Virus record (IMG/VR): IMGVR_UViG_3300009156_000028
Span: 1 to 63,172 of that record
Reading direction: 5' to 3' (one strand)
DNA: 63,172 nucleotides
Source of the DNA: a virus
Lineage: Duplodnaviria > Caudoviricetes
Position numbers and translations under genes: made by a program. Every line of letters starts with the position of its first letter. The first letter of the stretch is position 1. The notes beneath the pieces were generated by a model. It had not been told where the DNA came from. It saw nothing but the letters and a program-made list of their open reading frames with translations, and did not search any database. Shown here piece after piece: positions 20,284 to 29,717 of this stretch.

Positions 20284-20484
20284 CTATCTCCCCGCGGGGT
20301 GATCGTCCATACAGGTAGCTTCCTTCATAGACCAAGGAAGCCACCCCTTGCACTTGGGGTCGTAACGGTACACGCAACCGTTCTCTGAAAGTCCAAGGGT
20401 CGAATAGCTCATTCCATTAGAGGTAGTGAACTGAGCGATTACGATTTGCTTGAACCGAACCTCTCTTGATTCCTGCTTCATCAT
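20284..20484 (-). CDS. hypothetical protein
   Basis: 66 aa in leftward operon. Confidence 0.5.
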   Translation of the reverse strand: MMKQESREVRFKQIVIAQFTTSNGMSYSTLGLSENGCVYRYDPKCKGWLPWSMKEATCMDDHPAGR

Positions 20485-20558
20485 CTTACGATCCTTCTGA
20501 CCGGCTTTGGAGGAGCCTTCCGAACCGGCTTGGGAGCCGGCGCAGTGACTTGCGGCAA
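20481..20558 (-). CDS. putative 25-aa basic Pro-rich peptide
   Basis: TTG start; (M)PQVTAPAPKPVRKAPPKPVRRIVR; stop overlaps next start. Confidence 0.3.
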   Translation of the reverse strand: MPQVTAPAPKPVRKAPPKPVRRIVR

Positions 20559-20601
20559 GCCGATGATTGACCGGAAGTCATTGGGCGGGAGTCCGCCTGC
20601 G

Positions 20602-20649
20602 AAGCTCCTCAGCTATTGAGAGCATGAGGAGCTTTGGGGGAATTGTCAA
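20602..20649 (-). promoter_or_regulatory. sigma70-like promoter overlapped by an inverted repeat
   Basis: Minus strand TTGACA-N17-CATGCT; inverted repeat AAGCTCCTCA (20602-20611) / TGAGGAGCTT (20625-20634). Confidence 0.55.
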
Positions 20650-20701
20650 TGTTTGAATCGCGTTCCTAGCACCAGCTTCGGCTTCCTGCCCTGTTGCACG
20701 T

Positions 20702-21040
20702 TTAGGCTCCGGCTCGCTGAATTCGGTCGATCTCGGCGGCGATAAGGGCACCGGCCTTTACCAGTTCGCGTATGCGGTCTTCCTCGCATGGCTTCCACCA
20801 GTCGCCATCCCAGGGCCAGCCGGACGGAACGCGAACCCGAAATGGCTTGGAGCGAGGCGAGCCGCCTTCCATTCGATAGGTCATCAGCCGCTGGCTGTCG
20901 GGCGTTGCATAACAGGCCGCAGCCATTGCAAGCGACTCATCGGTGTGGTTGGCGTCGTGTTGAGCCGACCAACCTTCAACGTCGATTTGCCGTTGCCGCT
21001 CTGCCGCGATTAGTTCAACGCCATTTAATTTTGTGCTCAT
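20702..21040 (-). CDS. conserved phage hypothetical protein
   Basis: IAAERQRQIDVEGW..HD...LAMAAACYA...WPW...LVKAGALIAAEIDR, a widespread phage family. Confidence 0.75.
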   Translation of the reverse strand: MSTKLNGVELIAAERQRQIDVEGWSAQHDANHTDESLAMAAACYATPDSQRLMTYRMEGGSPRSKPFRVRVPSGWPWDGDWWKPCEEDRIRELVKAGALIAAEIDRIQRAGA

Positions 21041-21267
21041 GTCCGCTCCTCGCTGGCGGGTGGGGTGGGTTCCAGGTATCGCACGCGCTTGCCGTAGGCG
21101 ATGGCATATTCCAATTCGCTCCTCGTCGATGAGCCTATGTAACCGCCAACGTTCAAGATGAACACTTCGTCGGCCAAGTCGATCTTGCGCTTGTGCACGT
21201 CGCCTCCAATCTCGGATACAGGACCCGCGACAATCCAGTCGCGAGCGGTAAGGAAGGTCTCAACCAT
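21037..21267 (-). CDS. truncated nucleoside-deoxyribosyltransferase-like (DUF4406-like) protein
   Basis: HKRKIDLADEVFILNVGGYIGSSTRSELEYA resembles only the C-terminal half of the family. Confidence 0.5.
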   Translation of the reverse strand: MVETFLTARDWIVAGPVSEIGGDVHKRKIDLADEVFILNVGGYIGSSTRSELEYAIAYGKRVRYLEPTPPASEERT

Positions 21268-21548
21268 TAGATGAATTCTCGGCTGAGATAGGTTTGGACG
21301 AGTTGAACGGCTTCCCACAGCCGTTGTTCCTCTTCCGTTGATTGCCTTAGTTCATCGTCAAGGCTGACCCGGTCGTCAGGCTCCATCCACTTCCCATCCT
21401 TGCCTAGGTAGGCATCTCTGGGCAGTCGCCAGTCGCCTAGGAATAGCTCGCGGAGCTTTCGGCCTAGTTCGTATCGACAGAGACTGATGCTGACCAGCCG
21501 GCGCTCCGCTCCTTCAAGCTCTACCGGCGGCGGTCTCTTCTTAGCCAT
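21267..21548 (-). CDS. hypothetical protein
   Basis: AAGGAG SD; start MAKKRPP. Confidence 0.55.
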   Translation of the reverse strand: MAKKRPPPVELEGAERRLVSISLCRYELGRKLRELFLGDWRLPRDAYLGKDGKWMEPDDRVSLDDELRQSTEEEQRLWEAVQLVQTYLSREFI

Positions 21549-21582
21549 TTGCTTCTCCTTCAAGTAGGGATGAAAGATCGGA

Positions 21583-21843
21583 CTAGCCTTCAACTCCGGC
21601 GGCAAGCTCCGCCATCTCCTTGGAGATGAGCGAGATGTCGGCATCGACGGCTTTGCAAATCTTCCAGATGGTCTGGAGCTTGGGGTCAACCGTCCGGCCG
21701 GTCCGGAGCTTGTAAACGGTGTTGGGATGAAGGCGAGCCGCGGCAGCAAGCTCCTCTTCCGTAGCGAACAACGGACGTTTGCCGTCAAACGCTAGGTCGC
21801 AAAGGTAGGCAACTAGGTGCCGCAAGTAGGTCTTGAAACGCAT
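21583..21843 (-). CDS. XRE/Cro-type helix-turn-helix regulator
   Basis: EELAAAARLHPNTVYKLRTGRTVDPKLQTIWKICKA. Confidence 0.8.
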   Translation of the reverse strand: MRFKTYLRHLVAYLCDLAFDGKRPLFATEEELAAAARLHPNTVYKLRTGRTVDPKLQTIWKICKAVDADISLISKEMAELAAGVEG

Positions 21844-21954
21844 AGCCGAGTCTCCGATGGTGAGGTGAGATAGAAGCCGAAAGGAAATGCGGAGAGGGTG
21901 TGACGTCACGCCAGGCTGATAGTCCAAATATCAACCATCCCTCTCCGCGGTTTG

Positions 21955-22287
21955 TTAGTCGCATTCGATGAATTTGAGGACCTGGTGAAGTTCGCGCTTG
22001 ACTTCGTCGCGATACTTCTTATCCGGAGCCGCCGTGTCGAGCAAGTTGAAAGCCTTCTCCAGGTGACGGAAAGCCTTGCTCCGCTCTGTCTCGGAATAGA
22101 TCACGCAATCAACGTCGCTCCCGTCGCTCTCTTCGGTCATCAAGCAGAGGACGCAGCGACCATCCTTAAGCAACTTGTCGATGACGTAGGCTTCCCTGCC
22201 TTTGGAGCCGGCAACCGTCACTTCTGACTCGCCAGCAACGTCTAACATCGCACTCATTTCGTTCGCCTTCATAACCTTCTTCTTCAA
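21955..22287 (-). CDS. hypothetical protein
   Basis: 110-aa ORF. Confidence 0.5.
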   Translation of the reverse strand: MKKKVMKANEMSAMLDVAGESEVTVAGSKGREAYVIDKLLKDGRCVLCLMTEESDGSDVDCVIYSETERSKAFRHLEKAFNLLDTAAPDKKYRDEVKRELHQVLKFIECD

Positions 22288-22317
22288 CTAGGTACTCGGA
22301 ACCGGCTCCTAGGAAGT

Positions 22318-24594
22318 CTAGGAGACCCAAACCAACTCCTCAATCGCGCGGGTGATAGCCACGTATTTGAGGTTGTACTCTTGCTTGAGCTGCCAGGGAG
22401 ACTTCGCGGACGGGTGGGGCATCGAAGCTCCCGGCGGCTGGATGATGAACACGCGCTTGCTCTCTAGTCCCTTTGCCCGGTGGACTGTCGAGAGCCGGAT
22501 GCCCGTTGTCGTGCTGTCGCTGAATATCCTCTCAATCCGCTCGCGGACCTGCGCGACGGTCTTGATGTCCTCGCAGAAGGTAAGGATCAAGTCACGGCGG
22601 TCGTCAAGGGCAATCCGCTTCGCCTCTGACGGGTGCTTCTCCGCTTCTAGCTTCTTGACTTCTAGATCGTACCATCCGTGGGTCGCGGTGATAAGCTCCG
22701 GAACGGTATCAACTTCAAACTTGTCGATGAGCTTGAGGAGACCTTGGCCGATGTCCCTGCCTTGGACTACCGCTTTGCGACCTTCCTTGAGGAAGCGTAG
22801 GCACTGGCTGACCAGGGGAGCGGTCGTACGGCAAATGACAAAGTCTCCGTCTTGAGCCATGTAGCGGTAGCCGGTCCGCTCCACTTCAACTCCGGAGCGG
22901 GTCCCGTTGTCGTTCTCTGTCGCGGTCGCAAACGGGACTCCTTCAAGAGCACGGCGGCTAACCTTCCCCTCGCAGTTGCTCTCGTGCGCCTCAAAGGTCG
23001 GCACGATAGCCTTAGCCTGCTCAACAATTGCCCGGCCGCAGCGCCGGGTGACTGTTAGCGGTAGCCGTTCGCAACCGGCCGGGGTCCGGCTGAGTAAGCC
23101 AAACATCCGCGGCATGCTCTCGCTATCCGCTCCGGCGAACCCGTAGATGGCCTGATTGACATCGCCGCATCCGATGATCCGCGAGCCGGCTTTCATCGCG
23201 AGAGCCTGCTGGCATCGGTTCAGGTCCTGAAACTCGTCAACCAAGAGAAGGTCGTTGCGCCAGATCGGAAGGTTGAGGACGATAGGCAGCCAAGGCATAT
23301 CGTCAAAGTCGATAGAGCTAGAAAGGCTCGCGCACTTCTCAAGAACGGAGCCGACTAGCTTGACAATCTCTTCCCAATCGTTGCCGTCAACCTCAATCTC
23401 AAAGTGGTCGCAGAGACCGTGGAGAGCTTCTTCAAACTGTTCCGGGGTCTCCGTCTCGGAATCCTGATGGGCTCCGGTCAACGTCATCTTGCAGAGGCTA
23501 ACAAGCCGGCGGACCGCGGAGACAAACTCCGGTCGATCCTTCCGGAGAGCTTGGAACGGCTTGTCAACAATCTCCGCGATATAGTCGCAGACCCTCTCGC
23601 CATTCTGGTTGACGATGAGGTTGGTATTCCGACCAACCGCCTTCGCGACCGCCGCAAAGCCTAGACCGTGAAGTGTCTTGGCCTGGCAACCTTCCGGCAT
23701 ACGCTTCGTCAACTCGTCCTTGATGGAGACGTTGAAGGCAGCGAAACAAATTGACCTAGCGCCGCGGCTCCGCGCCATGGCGTCCCAAATGACCGCCTGC
23801 TGCGGCGACGGCTGAAACTTGGTCGGGAGTCCGCGGACAACTTTCAGACCCTCAACCAGGGTCGTGGTCTTGCCGGTTCCGGCGAGAGCTTCGATGATGA
23901 GGTGCGGAGCCGTAACCCGGCCGTAACCGTAGTTGCTCTGAGGAGTGATGGGTGTGAGGAGCGGCGCAACCGGCTTCCCGGCGGCGCGATCCGAGAGCCG
24001 GGAGAGACCAGCGCGGCTTAGGGCATCCGCGGTCTCCCGGCGAACCTCTGCGAGGGGAACGACCGGGAGCGGCCGGACGGCTCCGCAAACTGGACAGGCC
24101 TGTCCCGGCTCCGCTTCCACGCACCCGGCTGGGCAACCGTATCCTGGCGGCTCCGTTGCCGGAGCGGCAGCCGGCGCAGTACGGACCGGCTTGGGTGGAG
24201 TACGGGTTGGGGACGGCTTGGACACGGCTACGGGTGCCGATTTTACTGGCTGCTGAGAGACCGGCCTAGCCGGGACCGGAGCCGTGAGCGGGTTGGCCGC
24301 TCGCCGGAGAGAGTCGATGAGCCGACTGCTAGGAGCCTTCTTCGCCTCCAGCAGGCTCGCGAGCGTAGCCGGTTTGAGAGTTGCGTACTCGTCCTTCCAC
24401 CAGCCCGACATACCGTACCAAGCAAAGCCTTCTGCGGAGACGATGTTGGGGCGCTTCTTCGTCGGGTTCGCCGCGGCTTCCTTCTGATCGTTGGAATGGA
24501 CCGGAACCGCGGCGGCTTCCTTCTGGTCCTTGACGACCGGCTTAGCCGGAGCGGACTTCTTCACTGCCTTGGACTTGGGGGCGGACTTCTTCAC
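22318..24594 (-). CDS. UvrD/Rep-like superfamily 1 helicase with long low-complexity N-terminus
   Basis: ALAGTGKTTT, AFN, TLHGLG, LVDEFQD, GDVNQAIYGFAGA, TRRC, STVHRAKGLE, YVAITRA; GTG start with GGAG SD. Confidence 0.92.
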   Translation of the reverse strand: MKKSAPKSKAVKKSAPAKPVVKDQKEAAAVPVHSNDQKEAAANPTKKRPNIVSAEGFAWYGMSGWWKDEYATLKPATLASLLEAKKAPSSRLIDSLRRAANPLTAPVPARPVSQQPVKSAPVAVSKPSPTRTPPKPVRTAPAAAPATEPPGYGCPAGCVEAEPGQACPVCGAVRPLPVVPLAEVRRETADALSRAGLSRLSDRAAGKPVAPLLTPITPQSNYGYGRVTAPHLIIEALAGTGKTTTLVEGLKVVRGLPTKFQPSPQQAVIWDAMARSRGARSICFAAFNVSIKDELTKRMPEGCQAKTLHGLGFAAVAKAVGRNTNLIVNQNGERVCDYIAEIVDKPFQALRKDRPEFVSAVRRLVSLCKMTLTGAHQDSETETPEQFEEALHGLCDHFEIEVDGNDWEEIVKLVGSVLEKCASLSSSIDFDDMPWLPIVLNLPIWRNDLLLVDEFQDLNRCQQALAMKAGSRIIGCGDVNQAIYGFAGADSESMPRMFGLLSRTPAGCERLPLTVTRRCGRAIVEQAKAIVPTFEAHESNCEGKVSRRALEGVPFATATENDNGTRSGVEVERTGYRYMAQDGDFVICRTTAPLVSQCLRFLKEGRKAVVQGRDIGQGLLKLIDKFEVDTVPELITATHGWYDLEVKKLEAEKHPSEAKRIALDDRRDLILTFCEDIKTVAQVRERIERIFSDSTTTGIRLSTVHRAKGLESKRVFIIQPPGASMPHPSAKSPWQLKQEYNLKYVAITRAIEELVWVS

Positions 24595-24617
24595 GGTAGG
24601 TCTCCGATTGAGATTGG

Positions 24618-25001
24618 TTAGTAGGCGACGTGGACTTGGTTGAAGCCGAACCCGTTGACCGGCTCGCCGGTTGTCTTCACGTAGGTGTAGCCGCTCCGGC
24701 GAGTGTCCTGCGGCCGGCTGAGAACCCGGCGGAACGTCTGAGTATCGAGATTGACCACGATCATTCCCGGCCGTAGGTCGCAGAGGCAAACCGGCCGGGT
24801 GTTGCTCTTAGTGAACTTGGCCGTGCTCTTCGTCGCGCCGGCTACGTCATACAACCCTTCGTGAAGAACGACCGGCGGAGAGCCGTTGAACGTTGCGAGC
24901 GGCGAGCCGTCCCGATGGTAACCGGTTACAACTCCTTCAACGGGACCGGCGACGTCATCGACAACCGTGACCTTCGTTCCGATAGAGAGGGGAGCCTTCA
25001 T
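24618..25001 (-). CDS. hypothetical protein (SH3/KOW-like beta content)
   Basis: AAGGA SD; downstream of a predicted promoter. Confidence 0.55.
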   Translation of the reverse strand: MKAPLSIGTKVTVVDDVAGPVEGVVTGYHRDGSPLATFNGSPPVVLHEGLYDVAGATKSTAKFTKSNTRPVCLCDLRPGMIVVNLDTQTFRRVLSRPQDTRRSGYTYVKTTGEPVNGFGFNQVHVAY

Positions 25002-25045
25002 CTGAGTGATCCTTCGTAATGAGAAAGGGAACCGAACTAGAGACT

Positions 25046-25074
25046 AGCCTACTAGAACGGTTCCCTTGCGTCTA
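25046..25074 (-). promoter_or_regulatory. sigma70-like early promoter
   Basis: TAGACG-N17-TAGGCT on minus strand. Confidence 0.55.
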
Positions 25075-25103
25075 TAGGGGTTTGATAAATCTTTCCGGAA
25101 TTA

Positions 25104-25943
25104 TCAACCACCCCCAATTTCTGTACCGTCCCGGTAGAGAATGAAGCCTGGAAAGTCAGTCTTGGGCTCAATCTCCAACTGCCTTCCGGTAGCTTCGCAC
25201 TGGCGCCGCGCTTCCTCAATAGCCTCATCGCTCTCGTCCGAAACGTCAATGGGTTCGCTGAGTACTGACCCCGGCATATCGGCTTCCGAGAGGTAGAACC
25301 GGACCGTGAACTTGGGCGGCGGTAGAGCAGCGACTAGCTTCTGGCACCGCGGGCAAGTGACCTTCTCCCGGTCGTTGGTTAGCCGGGCTGAGGACTTGGA
25401 GCGGTGAGAGGAGTACGCGGACCGCGGACGAGCCTTGATACAAACCGGCTTCCAACTGCCCTGCTTCGCCGGGTCTCGGAAGTGAATCGGCCGGTTGTCC
25501 TTCCCGTCAAGCCGGTCGCGCCGCTCTTGAATATGTTTCGCCTCTGCGACCGGGACCCCCATCCCAACCGGACGGAACCGCATGCCGCTGCAATGACCGC
25601 GACCGAAGTTGTGTGCCTCTAGCTTGCGTTGAGCGAGTTGATTGCGGAGCCAATCGCGGACCGCATCAAGAAGTCCGCCGCGGAACCCGGTGGTGATGCG
25701 GACTCCGTTGCCGGTTCCGTCTTGGCCGTAGGTCCCGGCCGGTACGTTGTCGAGAGCTTCGCGAGCGGCAGCGCGGATACGTCGCTCAAGGTCCGAAGCG
25801 CAAAGCCAAGTCTGCCGCGGCGGAAGAGTCTTGACCACTCCCTTCTTCGTCCCGTAGGGCATGCAAGGCGACGGCTCGCAGTAGAACTTCCAGCACCAGT
25901 CCCAAGCCTTCTGAAGTTCGGTTTGGAGGTTGAATTTGGACAT
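25104..25943 (-). CDS. hypothetical protein with H/C..CPRC zinc-finger-like segment
   Basis: AAGGAG SD; VTCPRC. Confidence 0.6.
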   Translation of the reverse strand: MSKFNLQTELQKAWDWCWKFYCEPSPCMPYGTKKGVVKTLPPRQTWLCASDLERRIRAAAREALDNVPAGTYGQDGTGNGVRITTGFRGGLLDAVRDWLRNQLAQRKLEAHNFGRGHCSGMRFRPVGMGVPVAEAKHIQERRDRLDGKDNRPIHFRDPAKQGSWKPVCIKARPRSAYSSHRSKSSARLTNDREKVTCPRCQKLVAALPPPKFTVRFYLSEADMPGSVLSEPIDVSDESDEAIEEARRQCEATGRQLEIEPKTDFPGFILYRDGTEIGGG

Positions 25944-25968
25944 AGCAAATCTCCTTCGTTGAAATGGG

Positions 25969-26331
25969 TTAGCAAGTCGCCGGGATAATCTCCCGGCCGA
26001 TGAACGGACTGAGCTTTGAGGCGAGAGCTTCCGCGGTCCGGATTACGGCGCGGAGCTTTTGCGGGCTGATTTCTCCGCCGCCTTCCGCGGAGATGGACGT
26101 GCCGCAGTAGGTCGATCCTTCAAGGCACTCCGCGAGAACCTCACGCGCCATAAACGGGTCGTGACAATTTTCCGAAGAGATGTCCTCAAGGTCTCCGTCG
26201 ATGAGGACGTTGAGCTGGTCGCAAAGCAGCCCGATGTTCTCTGCGTCGTCATCGAGAGCTTCCGCGATGCACTCCGGAAGCACTAGGCGGTGACGGATGA
26301 TTTCTCGCTCTAAGGCGGTTAGGCGAAGCAC
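25969..26331 (-). CDS. hypothetical protein
   Basis: GTG start with AGGAG SD. Confidence 0.55.
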   Translation of the reverse strand: MLRLTALEREIIRHRLVLPECIAEALDDDAENIGLLCDQLNVLIDGDLEDISSENCHDPFMAREVLAECLEGSTYCGTSISAEGGGEISPQKLRAVIRTAEALASKLSPFIGREIIPATC

Positions 26332-26341
26332 AGCTGGGCTC

Positions 26342-26983
26342 CTAGTAGCGGCGAGAGAGCGGGGGACGACGGCCGGACTTCGGCTTGACGACAACCGGGA
26401 TGAGAGCGGACGGCTTCCAACCCTTGATGCGAGCGGTCTGCCAAGCAACGTAGTCCTCTGCCCGCTTGACGATGATGTCGATGCGAGCGGCGGTCTGCTC
26501 GTTGAGCTGCTTCGTCACTCCGGTGATCAAGTCGCCGGTCATCCCGTAGGTCTCAACCTTTTGCTTGAGGTCCGGATACTCCGCGGAGATGAACCAAACC
26601 TCTTGGTATGAGTAATCGGTACGGACGATGTCCTTGATTTCTAGTCCGCCGCGGAGTTCAAAGTATCCGCCGCGGTTGCCGAGACGAAGGCGGTAGACTT
26701 CCGTTGAGTTGAGATAGAACTGACCGATGACACGGTTGTGGTCGAGCGACTTGCGCCAGTTGGCGGCTTCCTTCCGAAGCTCCGCGGCTCGTTCCGTCGC
26801 TCTCGCGATTGCGCCTTTGATGAGGCTGATATCCTGCTCAAACGGGAGAGCCTTCGCGCCCCAGCAGACTCCGGAGAAGAAGCCGCAGCGGACCGTATAG
26901 CCGTGCTGGCTGAGGACTCCGGCTGGGAGCTTCTGGCGATGACCGCAAACCTGACAATGACCTTCGTGGGTAGCCTTCTTCAT
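26342..26983 (-). CDS. hypothetical protein with N-terminal CQVC...H..C zinc-binding motif
   Basis: GHCQVCG...HGY...FFSGVCWG. Confidence 0.65.
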   Translation of the reverse strand: MKKATHEGHCQVCGHRQKLPAGVLSQHGYTVRCGFFSGVCWGAKALPFEQDISLIKGAIARATERAAELRKEAANWRKSLDHNRVIGQFYLNSTEVYRLRLGNRGGYFELRGGLEIKDIVRTDYSYQEVWFISAEYPDLKQKVETYGMTGDLITGVTKQLNEQTAARIDIIVKRAEDYVAWQTARIKGWKPSALIPVVVKPKSGRRPPLSRRY

Positions 26984-27189
26984 GACTTAGCTCCTTCGCT
27001 GACGATGTCGGCTTGCCAATCGACTACGCTGTGCGTGTCCGGCAACCGGCCGAAAGCCTTCTGGTAGGCGGCGACGGCGGCCAAGGTCTCGTCCTCAAAC
27101 TCCGCGGACCCGCGGACCCGCTCTAGGTCCTTGGCGTGGACGGTCACCTCAATATCAACTTCAATCGTAGCTTGGATTCTGACCTTCAT
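26980..27189 (-). CDS. hypothetical protein
   Basis: AAGGAG SD; ATGA-coupled. Confidence 0.55.
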   Translation of the reverse strand: MKVRIQATIEVDIEVTVHAKDLERVRGSAEFEDETLAAVAAYQKAFGRLPDTHSVVDWQADIVSEGAKS

Positions 27190-27191
27190 AG

Positions 27192-27452
27192 CTAGACTCC
27201 TTCGCCAAGAAGAGAGGCGTCAAACCGCGCGACCATCACGGTGCGAGTAGTCGCGATGGCGGTGCGTTTGTCGTTGAAGCAAAGAAGGCAGAAGCCACCG
27301 GTGTGCTGCCCTTCCGGCCGGTCGGTATCGGTCTCTCGCTCGATGCGCTCCTCAGCCGCTTCGCGGAGATAGAAGGCTTGCCGTAGGGTGCTCATCGGAC
27401 CGATCAGTACTAGGTTGCCGTCTGTGTCGCGGACTTGGTACAACTTGTTCAT
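27192..27452 (-). CDS. hypothetical protein (first gene after early promoter)
   Basis: AAGGAG SD. Confidence 0.6.
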   Translation of the reverse strand: MNKLYQVRDTDGNLVLIGPMSTLRQAFYLREAAEERIERETDTDRPEGQHTGGFCLLCFNDKRTAIATTRTVMVARFDASLLGEGV

Positions 27453-27491
27453 CTTCGTTCTCCTTCGGTTGGGGTTATCGACCTACAGACT

Positions 27492-27520
27492 ATCCTAGTA
27501 GAGTAGTCGGCTGCGGTCTA
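27492..27520 (-). promoter_or_regulatory. sigma70-like early promoter (copy 1 of repeat)
   Basis: TAGACC-N17-TAGGAT; near-identical to 46142-46170. Confidence 0.7.
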
Positions 27521-27560
27521 GTACCTCTTGACGAATTCCGGAAGGATTTATGAAGATTCC

Positions 27561-27588
27561 TAGACCCTGGGAAAATCCCAAGGGTCTA
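27561..27588. terminator. hairpin, probable terminator after the ParB-like gene
   Basis: TAGACCCTGGGA-AAA-TCCCAAGGGTCTA. Confidence 0.5.
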
Positions 27589-27609
27589 TTGATTATTCAG
27601 GCCGGCTTC

Positions 27610-28953
27610 CTAACCGCTTGCGGCCGTTTCCTTCACCGTCCCCACGTCGATTCCGCCGATGATCGGATTACTAGTCAGAGTCGGCTTCCCTTCTCCGTCA
27701 ACAACCAGGTCCATGTGGCAATCTTCGCGGGTTATCTCCTTTCCATCTGAGAAGAGATTCCAGGCCTTGATGATAGTTCCGATCCTCTGGGCATTGGCGA
27801 GACCGCCCGCGAGTAGAGCACTGACGTCAAGCAGTTCTTCGCGAAGCTCCTCTGTCGCCTTTCCATTAGCGCAGATGTCTACGAAAAATTCTTGAGCCTT
27901 GTCCCAGAGACCCCAATCAAGCGCGGTCTCGTTGTTGACCTTGTCATACACGTCGCTATCGCTGCGAGCGCTTCCCATCAGATAGAGGAGACCCGCAGCA
28001 TAGCCGACGGCAACGCCCAGACCGGTGAGTTTGCCCTCACTTCCTTTATCGGGCATCTGCTCTTCGTAGATGAACCGGACCGATTCCAGAATGCGCTCGT
28101 GATTCATAATGAACTCAAGCGACTCAGAGTGCGGCCGGCGCGGCTTGAACCCGGTCTTGCGAGTGAACTCTAAATTCTGGGCGGTTCGGTCCCACATCAA
28201 CTTCACTGCATAGCTCGCTGCCTTCGCAACCGCCAGACGGTTCTTCTCGTCCATCTGCGCGAACCAAGCGCAGCGGTAGAGAACGTCAATGATAGTTCGC
28301 GGTTTGCCGGTTCCAATAGTATTCACCACGTCATCGGTCCCGACGATACCGAGAACAACGAGCGCATCGATGTTGGGCGGCTCCTTCCAATAGGCTTGCC
28401 ACCGCGGCTCCGTCCGCTTCCGGTCAAGCTCCCACTCCTGGTTTGCGAGGACGAGACCGATCAACCGATGCTGACCGTCGTGAAGGAGTCCGTGACGGTC
28501 GATGATGATCGACTCTCCGTTGAACCGCCACTTGGCGCGGAGAATCTCAAGCATCCAGTCCTCAGCCGTCGCCGGATAGTAGGGACGATTCGCGGTGTTG
28601 TTCTCGCAACGGACCTTCTTGCCGTTGAAGTCAATCAACCGGTACTTCTCCCCAAACTTGATATGCTCCGATTCTTCAGACCAGCCGAGTATCTCCTTCG
28701 CTAGGTCCGCTGTTAAGCCTTCGCCTTTCTCGCGGAGATACACACGCACATCAACCGCCTTGTACACTACCGCCTTTCTGACGCGCGGAGCGGTGAGCAG
28801 GTCGCGAGCGGATTTGTGCTTGGCCGGAGAGACTGGTGCCGCCTCTGATGACGCGCCGTTGTCGCTCTTGCTCGGCGGCTGCTGCGGCGGCTTCTTCTTC
28901 GGTCTGGGCGGCTTCTTCGGCGCTGCTTGCGGCGTTGGGGTCGATTCCTGCAT
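27610..28953 (-). CDS. ParB/Srx-like N-terminal domain protein
   Basis: N..NR, W.FNGESIII...LHDGQHRL, GTGKPRT. Confidence 0.75.
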   Translation of the reverse strand: MQESTPTPQAAPKKPPRPKKKPPQQPPSKSDNGASSEAAPVSPAKHKSARDLLTAPRVRKAVVYKAVDVRVYLREKGEGLTADLAKEILGWSEESEHIKFGEKYRLIDFNGKKVRCENNTANRPYYPATAEDWMLEILRAKWRFNGESIIIDRHGLLHDGQHRLIGLVLANQEWELDRKRTEPRWQAYWKEPPNIDALVVLGIVGTDDVVNTIGTGKPRTIIDVLYRCAWFAQMDEKNRLAVAKAASYAVKLMWDRTAQNLEFTRKTGFKPRRPHSESLEFIMNHERILESVRFIYEEQMPDKGSEGKLTGLGVAVGYAAGLLYLMGSARSDSDVYDKVNNETALDWGLWDKAQEFFVDICANGKATEELREELLDVSALLAGGLANAQRIGTIIKAWNLFSDGKEITREDCHMDLVVDGEGKPTLTSNPIIGGIDVGTVKETAASG

Positions 28954-29095
28954 TGACTGATTCCTTAGCAAACTGGTGAGTAAAGTAAACAGGGAACTGC
29001 TCAGCGAGCACGGCCAACTGCCGCACCCGCCGATTTGGTGAGGACATACCTAGACTCCTAGACTGGTGAGAAACGAAAGACAACGAGCCGGAAAA

Positions 29096-29323
29096 CTATC
29101 CGGCTAGAAGGGAACGACCGCCGGTAAGCGGCTTGGGCGGTCTCGACTTGAAGTCAAGAGACTGCCCCATAGAAGGCGGTAGAGCCGGAGTAGGTTCCGG
29201 ACGCACAACCGTCTCTTCTGAGATTTCGGGAAGCTCCCAATCATCAGCGGACGATTCGTGGAACCCCATCGCATACTCGCGAGCGGCTCCAACCAAGTCC
29301 GCTATCCGAATTACTCTTGGCAT
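29096..29323 (-). CDS. hypothetical protein
   Basis: AAGGAG SD; start MPRVIRIADL. Confidence 0.5.
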   Translation of the reverse strand: MPRVIRIADLVGAAREYAMGFHESSADDWELPEISEETVVRPEPTPALPPSMGQSLDFKSRPPKPLTGGRSLLAG

Positions 29324-29439
29324 ACCAACGCTCCTTCTTGCAGTACGTCTCGCCCAACTGACACTCAGTTGAGTCCAGAGACGTAGGACCAAGGCGAGTC
29401 GTTCTACCCTACTAGGACAGTTCAGACAATACCAATCCG

Positions 29440-29680
29440 GCAAAAATCTTTCCGGACGGGGTCAGAGGTTTATTTCTCTGAGCAACCTCTCCGGCTCCGT
29501 CCTCTCGCTCGTCCGGTCCGCTGCGAGGGACCGCGGAGTACGACGTGTTTTGCGGCTTGGTTTCCTAAGTGGCACAAAGAGAAAGTAAGACAAAGAGAAA
29601 GACTAATTCTCTTCTGGGGGGAAGAAGTAAGGTACAATAGCGTTGTACTACTAAGCGCGGTTCACCAGTCAGGCGCGCTT
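29440..29680. promoter_or_regulatory. divergent intergenic control region
   Basis: Non-coding gap at the switch from leftward to rightward genes; A-rich tract and TACAAT. Confidence 0.45.
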
Positions 29681-29717
29681 GATTACTACTAGAGCGCTAC
29701 TAGCCTGGAGAGGTAGT

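Noticed and set aside
24595-24789. ORF-track N-terminal extension of the helicase
   Set aside because: Overlaps the upstream gene; GTG 24594 has a GGAG SD
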